DNA from: Candidatus Melainabacteria bacterium 17Bon1m
GTDB taxonomy: Bacteria > Cyanobacteriota > Vampirovibrionia > Obscuribacterales > Obscuribacteraceae
DNA length: 64,000 bases
Assembly (NCBI GenBank): GCA_032128875.1
Contig: JAVLKG010000010.1
Coordinates: forward strand, 128,001 to 192,000
Reading direction: 5' to 3'
Part shown: positions 29,588 to 38,600 of the stretch, one piece after another
Layout of the letters: each line of letters starts with the position of its first letter
How positions within the stretch are numbered: position 1 is the first letter of the stretch
Notes under the pieces: generated by a model
Databases searched by the model: none
Told to the model about the DNA's origin: nothing
Seen by the model: only the letters and a program-made list of their open reading frames with translations
Program-made: the position numbers and the translations under genes

Positions 29588-31111
29588 GTGAAAATGCCCG
29601 ATAAAATCCCGCCCCAAAGCGAAAAAGCAGACAAAAGAACAGAAATTCCTCAGGTTGACAGACTGCTCAACCACGAGAAATTAAAGAGTCTGGCAGGCGA
29701 AATAAGCCAGCCTGTGCTGGCTCAGCTGGTCAGGCAAGAATTGAATAGTTTGCGTGAAACACTTTTCAATGGCAAATCAGCTCAGACTGATAAGAATCGA
29801 GAATCTGATAATAAGAAGATTTCATCAGAAAAAAATTTAGCTGAAACCACTACTGCAGACACAAGCAGAGACGCCACCAACATCGATTCGCTGGCCGATA
29901 ACGTTGTGAGAAAAGTCCATCAATTGCTATCACCCGGCATCAAAAAAGTGGTGAACGGCACAGGTGTAATTCTCAACACCAACCTTGGGCGAGCGCCTCT
30001 GCCAGTGGGCATCGGCAAAAGAATAGAAAGCATAGCCGGCGGCTACACAAACCTAGAGCTCGATCTCGAAAGTGGCAAGCGAGGGGAGCGCGGAACCAAG
30101 TTGGAGCAGCTCTGCCGCACGCTTCTAAACTGCGAAAGGGCAATCGTGGTCAACAACAACGCATCCTCAGTGATGCTGGCTGTTGCGGCTCTGTCAGCGG
30201 GAAAAGAAGTCATCGTCTCGCGCGGCGAATTGATTGAAATTGGTGGCAGCTTCCGCCTTCCCGATGTAATCCAGTCAGCAGGCGGAATTCTCAAAGAGGT
30301 GGGCACGACGAATCGCACCAGAGCAAGCGATTACAAAAAAGCAATTAGCGCTAACACAGGCATGATTCTCAAATGTCATCGCTCCAATTTTGCCATCACA
30401 GGATTCACGGAAGAGGCATCAGTAAAGGAACTCGTGGAGATAGGCAAGGAAACGAACATTCCAATTTTGGAAGATCTCGGATCAGGCGCGCTTGTTGCGC
30501 TGCAATCACTTGGACTCGAAGACGAGCCCACCGTGCCGGATCGCATAGCTGCTGGTCTCGATGCATGCCTTTTCTCAGGCGACAAAATTCTGGGCGGGCC
30601 GCAGGCAGGTATTGTTGCAGGAAAGAAAGAAACCATAGAGAAGATGCGGAAGCATCCTATTTATCGTGCGCTCAGGGCCGACAAACTGACAATCGCATTC
30701 GTCGAAGAGGTGCTTACCCTCTACCTTTCAGGCGATCCCTTCAAAAAAATACCCGCCCTTATTCTTGCGTCGGCGAGTGCGGAAAGCATCAAAAATCGAG
30801 TGGAGGCGTTTATAAAACGAGAAGCTTCAACCATTGCCAATCTGCAATTAAGTGTCGCGCCAAGCCAGGCGACCATGGGTGGCGGCACCGTACCGGGCAA
30901 ATCATTGTCTAGCTTCGCGCTCGTTGTTGAGCCGAAAGCAGGGAGGAAAGCGACTGCAAAGGGCATCTCGGATCGAATTCGCAGCAACGAACCGCCGATT
31001 ATCGGAATCATTCAAGAAGAAAAACTGATGATCGACTTCAGAGCGGTCTTTGAAGATGATGAAAAGTATGTGTTAAAAGCTCTCAAAACCGTAAGTGATT
31101 CGCTTTTGTGA
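29588..31111 (+). CDS. selA: L-seryl-tRNA(Sec) selenium transferase
   Basis: IPQVDRLL, NGTGVILNTNLGRAPL, VVNNNA, SRGELIEIGGSFRLPDV, EVGTTNRT, EDLGSG, PLP-lysine motif FSGDKILGGPQAG. Confidence 0.96.
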   Translation: MKMPDKIPPQSEKADKRTEIPQVDRLLNHEKLKSLAGEISQPVLAQLVRQELNSLRETLFNGKSAQTDKNRESDNKKISSEKNLAETTTADTSRDATNIDSLADNVVRKVHQLLSPGIKKVVNGTGVILNTNLGRAPLPVGIGKRIESIAGGYTNLELDLESGKRGERGTKLEQLCRTLLNCERAIVVNNNASSVMLAVAALSAGKEVIVSRGELIEIGGSFRLPDVIQSAGGILKEVGTTNRTRASDYKKAISANTGMILKCHRSNFAITGFTEEASVKELVEIGKETNIPILEDLGSGALVALQSLGLEDEPTVPDRIAAGLDACLFSGDKILGGPQAGIVAGKKETIEKMRKHPIYRALRADKLTIAFVEEVLTLYLSGDPFKKIPALILASASAESIKNRVEAFIKREASTIANLQLSVAPSQATMGGGTVPGKSLSSFALVVEPKAGRKATAKGISDRIRSNEPPIIGIIQEEKLMIDFRAVFEDDEKYVLKALKTVSDSLL

Positions 31112-31193
31112 TGCCTTTTCCAGCAATTTCCACAAATCAAGGGGATATAATTTCGACCGTCGCTTGGACTTTCTATAGAATCGCGAGGCAAAT

Positions 31194-31526
31194 ATGGCTG
31201 ACGGCAGCTCGTTCGAAACAAGCATTGCGCAATTGAGTAAGAAAATCGATGAACAAGCACGTTTTACAAGAAGCGTCGTGATCATCTGCACCCTCACCAT
31301 TCTCGGTGTCGTCTTCTACACGATGACCGAAATGTTCAGCAGCATGCCCGCAAACATAGTGCTGCACTTCATGGGCAACATGGAAAAGATCGTCTACGAA
31401 TGGAAAGCCATCGAAGTCTCGATTTCGCACAGAGCGAAAAATCCACCGCCCGCACCAGCGCCCACACCGCCGGCAACTCCTGGCGCTGACAAAAGCAAAG
31501 AACCAGAAAAAGGTAAGGCTAAATAG
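31194..31526 (+). CDS. Hypothetical single-TM protein
   Basis: 110 aa, GAGG RBS, TM VVIICTLTILGVVFYTM, Pro/Lys tail. Confidence 0.65.
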   Translation: MADGSSFETSIAQLSKKIDEQARFTRSVVIICTLTILGVVFYTMTEMFSSMPANIVLHFMGNMEKIVYEWKAIEVSISHRAKNPPPAPAPTPPATPGADKSKEPEKGKAK

Positions 31527-31528
31527 GA

Positions 31529-31570
31529 AGCCAGTCCGATCAGAATTAGGCAGCCAGTCCGATCAGAATT
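31529..31570. repeat. 19-bp direct repeat x2
   Basis: AGCCAGTCCGATCAGAATT at 31529 and 31552. Confidence 0.8.
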
Positions 31571-31574
31571 TCGT

Positions 31575-31604
31575 GGGGGCGCGTTGCACGCGCCCTCTTT
31601 TTTT
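31575..31604 (+). terminator. Intrinsic terminator (REP-like hairpin)
   Basis: GGGGGCGCGT-TGC-ACGCGCCCTC followed by T7; near-identical hairpin at 44082. Confidence 0.7.
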
Positions 31605-31671
31605 GCTCTCTCTTTCACAATTCAGAAAGATGGCACGCTAAACAGCTACGGCAGGTTGATACAAAGTACCG

Positions 31672-32745
31672 TTAGGCGGAGCGAGATGGAAACCACTTAT
31701 CACGCAGTTTGAGCGTTGGATACTCGACCAGCTTGGACATACCGATGCCAACAACAAAGCTGGCAATGAAAAAGACAGCCAGCCTTCCCCATGCATTCAG
31801 GTGGAAAGGCCACCACTCGGAAGGCAGACTGCACAAGCCTGAAAAGGGCTTATGCCACAAGTAAATGGAATATGAGAATGTGCCGACAAGCGCGATTGTA
31901 GTAATGATTTTGTTTTCGGTTTTAAAATCAAAACACATCGCCACGGCCAATATCATGCCCCAGCCCATGTACAACGCTGTTAGCCCAGCCGTGTAGAGTA
32001 GCGGTTTTTCATAGCCCCAAATAGCGCAGGGCAGAATTAGCAAGCCACCAAATATGGTGATAACAGCAGCGTACTTTCGAATCTGATCTTTCAACGCATC
32101 GCCATAAAGTTTAAACAGACAAGAAATCAAAACCCCGAAGGCAAGCGCATCTATGCGGAACATTGTCGCAGTCTGAAAAGGCTTCTGATAAAACGGCAAA
32201 ATGCTGCTGATATAAATGCGCCCGCACAATGGAAGAATCAGAGTAATAATGCAAGCCCACATCAGGTACTTGATTGGGAATTTTTTCTTGCTCAGAATGA
32301 AAAATCCAAGCGCAAAAAGAATGTAGAAATGCTCTTCAATACACAAAGACCAGGTCTGTCCCCAGATATTATCGAAATAGTTGGAGACAAAAAATGCTTC
32401 ATTGATGAACTTCTGGAGCGTCACATGGTGAGGTATCCACATAACTGCAGGCAAAGACAGGAAGAGAAATAAGTAATAAGAAGGATAGATCTTAAAACCA
32501 CGGCGAATCAGAAAGTGAATTGCGTTGAAATCACCGTGTTTTTCGAATTCTCTGATTATCAGCCCTGAAATCAGAAAGCCACTCAATACAAAGAAGAGAT
32601 CAACGCCCATCCAGCCGACATAGCGAAATGCATCCATCGGCATTTTGAGAAACTGCGGCATATCAGGCGGCATTTCGCTCATATGGCGCCCGAGTACGAG
32701 CATTATCGCCAGTGCTCTTAGCAGGTCTAACTGCAGGTTTCGCAA
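31672..32745 (-). CDS. Acyltransferase family 3 (OafA-like membrane O-acyltransferase)
   Basis: LDLLRALAIMLV, GVDLFFVLSGFLI, RRGFKIYPSY, WSLCIEEHFY, FSYSIYLWH; multiple TMs. Confidence 0.92.
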   Translation of the reverse strand: MRNLQLDLLRALAIMLVLGRHMSEMPPDMPQFLKMPMDAFRYVGWMGVDLFFVLSGFLISGLIIREFEKHGDFNAIHFLIRRGFKIYPSYYLFLFLSLPAVMWIPHHVTLQKFINEAFFVSNYFDNIWGQTWSLCIEEHFYILFALGFFILSKKKFPIKYLMWACIITLILPLCGRIYISSILPFYQKPFQTATMFRIDALAFGVLISCLFKLYGDALKDQIRKYAAVITIFGGLLILPCAIWGYEKPLLYTAGLTALYMGWGMILAVAMCFDFKTENKIITTIALVGTFSYSIYLWHKPFSGLCSLPSEWWPFHLNAWGRLAVFFIASFVVGIGMSKLVEYPTLKLRDKWFPSRSA

Positions 32746-32784
32746 AAGGGCCTACCGATCTTTCTATATGTTTCTATCTATTCT

Positions 32785-35139
32785 CTACTTCTTAAGCAGA
32801 GCCTGACGGCGCTTCACTTCAGCTTCTACTTCATCTGGAGTAATGTTGTTGACTTGCATCGGTCCAGCACATATCTCGCGCCAGGGGGCACCAGCCAATG
32901 CCTGACGAACAATAACTTCAAACACTTGAGCGCGGACACCGCTGCCGTAGCTGCCCGGTCCGCCCACAAACGGTGTTGTTGCCGGCGCGCGCGGGATGGC
33001 TTGCTCTGCCTCGATAGCCGGAGGAGGAGGCGGCGGTGGTGGTGGAGGTGGTGGTGGAGGCGGCGGTGGAGCAGGTGTCGGTGCCGGAGCAGGGGCAGGA
33101 GCTGGCGCCGGAGCCGCGGGCTCTGGTGCAGCTGCAATCGGTTGTGTTTCGGCTGCAGGTTGTCCGGCTTGCAAATCTAGTGGTTTTGCCGGCGTCGTAT
33201 TGAATAGATTGCCAGGCGAGGCCGGCTGCGCAGGAGCAACATCGAAGAAGCTGTTGGTGCGCGGTGCTGTGGCTTGCGCCTGAGCCTGTTGGGCTTGAGC
33301 ATGTGCTTCTTCCGCTTTCGCTTTGGTCTCGGTCATTTGCTTTTGGAAATCCGCGACCATCTCTTTAGTCGAATCGCGTAGTTCTTCCAACTGCGCCTTC
33401 AATTGCGCGTTCTCGCTTTCTTTGCGAGACAATTCTTGTTCTTTGGCATCAAGCAATTGGTCGCGCTTGCTAAGGGTTTCGGAAAGCTCATCGTAGCGAG
33501 TATTGAACTCCTCCCAGCGAGAACCCAGGAGTTGTTTTTGCTCTTCCAATTCCTGATCTTTCGCATTCAGGATTTGCTCCATCTCGCGTTCGCGCTGCTC
33601 AAAACGACCAACGAGATCGTCTTGTGACTGGCGCATTTTTTCGAGTTCTGCAAGAACAGCCTCATCTTGAATACCACCACCACTGCCTGCGCTTTCGGCG
33701 CCACGTGAGCGGGGCGGAGCTTCGGCGCCCTGCACGGCATCATAGGCTGCTCTGAAAAGGTCTCCGGAAAGACGCTGACTGCCGAGCAGATCAACCAGTC
33801 GGTGCAACAAGTCGGCAGGGTGATCGGCAGGATAAACAGCCATGTAAGCGGCTTTGAAAGTCCAGGGATCAATTAGCCCGGCAGACAGCTGATCGGCTAG
33901 GCTCATTACGAGCTGTTCGGGACTCATCTTTTCATTGTCAGCCCCGCCTTCGCCCTTCGTCTCAAGGCTCTGCACGAGCTGATCGATGGCAGGAACTAGT
34001 TCTCCAACAGCCTTCATAGGCTCGAGAGCTGCTGATAATGAATCCATAAGACTGTTTAGCGTCAAATTGATTTCAGCAAAAGTCTGATTCTGCATGGTTT
34101 CTGACAAAGAACGCATCGTCTCAGTCTGCTCTCCTGCCAGCTTTTGAATCATTGAAAGATTCATCGCACAGGCTGTCAGACCCTGATCGATGTTGGTAAG
34201 AATTTCATTGGCCAGGTCGGAAACCGGTGCCAGAGACGCGGAAGGTATGGAGCCAATTGAGGAAAGAGAAGGGAAATTCTGCATGGGCGACTGGTCAGGA
34301 ATGCTCGCAGGTGCAGGCGAAGACTTCTCTTCTGATTTGGCTTCTTTCTTTGTAGATGCCGATTCCTTGACAGGTTGTTGCTCAGAAGGCGGCTCCGGCA
34401 GTTTGAGCTCAGGGGCCGGTTCTTCCTTTTTGGCTTCTGGTTTCGCTTCAGGCTCTGGCTTGGGCTCTAGCTTAGCCTCAAGCTTGCTCTCTGCAACCGG
34501 AGCGGGCTCAGGCAACGTCGCTATAGACTCTGCTTGCGGCTCGACCGCTGGAGCCGGTGCTGTGATGGCAGCCGCCAGAGAAGCCGCAGGGCTGGTATTT
34601 ACGGGTTCGGCAGTCGGTAGGATGTCTTGAGGCATGCTTACTGGTATCAAATCGGAGGTGGCTGTGGTGGACGGAACAGTGGGCAAATCTTCCAACCCGA
34701 AGGAATAATTCGGCGTCGAGTCTTTCGCGCCGACGGAGGCAGACGCACCACCTGAAGATTTAGCGCCTTTCCCGGCTTTAGGCACAAGCGAATCAAGGGT
34801 AGAGAGCGGTGAAGACGGCGGAGGTGCTACAGGAGCAGGGGCCGGGGCGCCAGAAGCTGGAACACCGTTAGTATCATCGTTGCCGGCAGAATGCCCGTCG
34901 CCATTTGTGCTTACGGGAGCTTGACCATTGGGTTCGGTAGGCATTTGAGCAGAAGACGTTGTGGATGGAGCCGGGTCTAGAGCGGTGACGGAATAGGGGT
35001 CGGGCGGCGATGCCGATTTTGACAGCGACCCTCTCAAGCGTGCGCGACGTGCCGAAAGGGACGAACCTTCTTCGTTCGCCTTGCCGGTCGCCGCATTGTC
35101 ATACGGGCCTACTGCGCTTCCCTTGTCCTCAGGACTCAT
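32785..35139 (-). CDS. Pro-rich disordered / coiled-coil hypothetical protein
   Basis: 784 aa: P/A/S-rich N-terminus, helical core, long E/Q/K coiled coil, 17-Pro tract, short helical C-terminus; AGGA RBS. Confidence 0.85.
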   Translation of the reverse strand: MSPEDKGSAVGPYDNAATGKANEEGSSLSARRARLRGSLSKSASPPDPYSVTALDPAPSTTSSAQMPTEPNGQAPVSTNGDGHSAGNDDTNGVPASGAPAPAPVAPPPSSPLSTLDSLVPKAGKGAKSSGGASASVGAKDSTPNYSFGLEDLPTVPSTTATSDLIPVSMPQDILPTAEPVNTSPAASLAAAITAPAPAVEPQAESIATLPEPAPVAESKLEAKLEPKPEPEAKPEAKKEEPAPELKLPEPPSEQQPVKESASTKKEAKSEEKSSPAPASIPDQSPMQNFPSLSSIGSIPSASLAPVSDLANEILTNIDQGLTACAMNLSMIQKLAGEQTETMRSLSETMQNQTFAEINLTLNSLMDSLSAALEPMKAVGELVPAIDQLVQSLETKGEGGADNEKMSPEQLVMSLADQLSAGLIDPWTFKAAYMAVYPADHPADLLHRLVDLLGSQRLSGDLFRAAYDAVQGAEAPPRSRGAESAGSGGGIQDEAVLAELEKMRQSQDDLVGRFEQREREMEQILNAKDQELEEQKQLLGSRWEEFNTRYDELSETLSKRDQLLDAKEQELSRKESENAQLKAQLEELRDSTKEMVADFQKQMTETKAKAEEAHAQAQQAQAQATAPRTNSFFDVAPAQPASPGNLFNTTPAKPLDLQAGQPAAETQPIAAAPEPAAPAPAPAPAPAPTPAPPPPPPPPPPPPPPPPPAIEAEQAIPRAPATTPFVGGPGSYGSGVRAQVFEVIVRQALAGAPWREICAGPMQVNNITPDEVEAEVKRRQALLKK

Positions 35140-35481
35140 CTAGTTTCCTTTCTCGAGAAAAGTGGCTTAGTCGCGACCACTTCTCTAGCCTTTCCATGCA
35201 CTCTGGGCGTCGATGGCAGGTTTCACGCACCCTACCGAGCCTTGACTAAGTTGCCGAAATACTTAGCTTACTAAGTAATGTACCCTCACCTTACAAACAA
35301 TACTCCAGCGCTACCCCGGAACGCTAAATTAAGCTCCGGACGCGGGTTTGCCTTAAGCGTCAGATAAAGAAATCCGACGATTTAATAATTGACGGTTACT
35401 GGCCGGCTCCCCTGGAAATTCGATCACCTACCACTTCCAGTATATATCCCAAATTGCTCAACTGGCCAAGAAATTTGGCGC

Positions 35482-35510
35482 TTGACAAGGAAGGGTTATA
35501 GACATAAGAT
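35482..35510 (+). promoter_or_regulatory. Sigma70-type promoter of the ATPase operon
   Basis: TTGACA-17 nt-TAAGAT about 135 nt upstream of the 1490-aa ORF. Confidence 0.7.
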
Positions 35511-35644
35511 CACGACGAAATCAGGTTTTTAAGCTGCCACTTACTATTGCAAACAGCCAAACAAGCGGCGAACGCCAATATCTGTCTTAATTAGCGCTAT
35601 CATCGAGATAGGCGCGGGGTATCTGCCAAAAGGAGCAGTGCCAG

Positions 35645-38600
35645 TTGGAAATCCTTATCTGTCAAACTTGCGGGCTGTTGTTGCGCGGCGAGATTAAAAG
35701 CTGCCAGTCGTGCGGAACTCCTGCGTCAAAATACTCTGCCACTGCATTGCCTATTATGTCTAACACGTCAGCTCCATTGGCAGTGGCAGTGGATCCAGAC
35801 CCGCTTGTTTTGGAAAGAGTCGTCACAGCCCGCCGCCTTGGTACTTATAAACTGAAAGAAGCCAATGGTTACGGCAATGGACATAATGGCGAAAACGGGC
35901 ACGGCAACGGAAATGGCAATGGTAACGGCAACGGCGATCACACGGGCAATGGACACAACGGAGAAAACGGCGGCTCCGTAGCTCCCGCTTCAATGAATCC
36001 TTCCAGCTCTCAGACAGGACTTGCAGCTCTCAGCCTGGGCTTTATGAGTGGCAGAAAGACTCAACCTACAGGTCCGTTATTTGCTGACAATCCATGGGGT
36101 GAAGCAGAAACAGCTGCCCCGCCAACCACACCCGACCCGGCTAGCGCTGGTGTTCCTCCTGCGATCAGTTCTGGTCAGTTCGATCCGATTAGCCAAGCTA
36201 ATCAAAGTGCGCCGGTGCAAGATCCAACAGGTTCCGCACCAGCAGCGCTTCCTAGCGATCCAGCGCAAGGAACATCGCCTTGGCTTACCCCAGCATCGCA
36301 AACTCCATTTTCGCCGAATTTAGATCCATTTTCGTCCGGTGCGCAAGCAGCACAAAACATGTTCCTTGGCACTCCCGATGCCGGTCAAGATACAACACAA
36401 TTTGGCGGCCTCGCACCGGCACCAACACCACTAGGTTTCGATCCAATGTCTCCCATGGGAGGTTTTGATCCAACTTCGCCTGTGGGAGGTGTCGCGCCAA
36501 CCTCTGCTAATGGAGGCTTCGATCCAATGTCTCCCATGGGAGGTTTTGATCCGGCCGCCCCCGTGACCTCGATACCTGAAGCGGCACCGCAGATGATGCC
36601 TGCACCACTGTCAGACAAACCGGTTGATCCATTCGCATTTGACAGCCAGAGCTCGTCTTCCCCTGCAGGAAATGGTTTCTTCGATCCGCCGCAGTCAGCA
36701 ATGAACCCGGATTTGGTAGAAGGTCCTGCCGGGCTCAACAGCGACGTATCGTCAGCATATGCCGTTGCTCCGGTGGCGCACGATCCAGGCTTTGACATAG
36801 TGACACCTATTCAGGCAGTACCTGTTGGCACCACGTCCGGTGACAACACCACTGCTATTGGAACAGCCTTGCAGCCAGTCGCAGAAGCTGCTCCAGGGAA
36901 TGCAGAGTCAGGAGGCGATCCGGTAGCAGGCGCGCCTCAAGCCGACAGCCAAGGCGGTTTTGGAGCTGGACAAACAGCAGCAATCGCAGCCGCCGCAGCT
37001 ATTGCCGGAGCTGCTGCAGGTGCCGCCGTCACCAACGCAATCCACAACCGAGCAGCTAATACGGTCGGAGGCGATTTCTTCGACACAGGCGCACCAGCCA
37101 CTCGCAACGATGACAATGCATCGGTGGGTTCAACTTCGACAACATCTGCAGATCCAATAGGTAGTTCGAGTTCCATGGATCCGGCAGATTCAGTTGGCGA
37201 AGAAGCAGCATTCGACCCGTTTGCACCTGCTGCATCAAAACCGGCGACCGGTTTTCCAACCGGTCCTGCTGACGATTTTTTCAGCGCTGCTCCCATTGGT
37301 AGACCAAAACGCGACGACGGCAGCGTAGACGATAACAATGATTCAGCTGATGCTTTCAACTTCGATTCCGGAAGAAAAACGCGAAATGACGACAATGGTT
37401 TTCCGGACGAAAGTAAAAATCGCGGCAGAAGAGATGAGTCATCTAAGATAGGCGACTCTGATGATGGTCGTCCAAAAATCGCTCGTCCACGCGGTTTTGC
37501 ACCAAACAAAGACAACAAAGATGCCAGCAAATCACAAGAGAAAGAAGATAAAACTGAGAAGGCCGACAAGGCCGAAAACCAAGATGATGATTTCTTCGCC
37601 GGAAGAAAGAACAAGAAAAATTCCGATGATGACCTAGATGATGAAGATTCTAAAAAGGAAACACCACCACCCAGAAAATCTTTTTCGGGCGGCTCTTCAA
37701 CTATAAAAAGACCTGGCGCGAAGAAAAGAGAAGTCGTCAAAGAGAAATCGAAAAAGGGCAAAAACAAGGACGAAGACAACGACGATCTCGATGACGATGA
37801 GAATCTGCCGTTCTTGGAGCGCGAAATTAGCCTCGGCGGCATGACTGTCAGCAACAAGTCGGCAATAATCCTTGGCACCATATGCGCCTTCATGACAGTG
37901 GTCGTGTTCAACACTTTCTGCACATTCTGCACATACCTTGCCGGCTCAATGCCCAAGAATGGCGCCGCTCAGGGTGGATTGCTGGGCGGTCTGGGTGGAC
38001 AAAAAGCCGTAGACATCTCCGGCATTTACAACGTCTACTACAAGACGCCGATGGAGAAGAACGGCAACTCCTTTAAAATGCAGCTCGGTCAACAAGGAAC
38101 TCAAATCTACGGACGCGGTGAAGATGTCGGTGGCCCCTGGATTTTGCAGGGCAACCTAGTGGCGCCGAATGGCATCGTCTTTAGAAAGTTCTATTTGAGA
38201 GACGGCAAACCTTTCGGCAAAGGGATCGAATATAAAGGTATGGTTGGCGTCACTGAAATAGGCCGCCCATACATGCAAGGTCAGCTTGCCTACGAAACCA
38301 AAATGGGTAAATTCTGGCGAGCGACAATTGCGCAAGTCACAGGCAATTGGAGAGCTGTTCAAACAGTGTCAGGCGCGGTCTTGGCAAATAGCGGACAGGC
38401 ACCACCGCCAATGCCAACCGTTGCTAGCTCACCAATGAGTCCGATGGGCGGAATGGGTGGCGGAAACAATCCGCTTGCCCTGTTGCAACCGAACGACACG
38501 CACAATCGCGGCGACATGTCGGCATTCTTCCTCAAGGTTGCATTCGGGTTAATCGGTATTGGTGTGTTGCTTGCGATGGGCGCGTTGTTCATCTTCGGAC

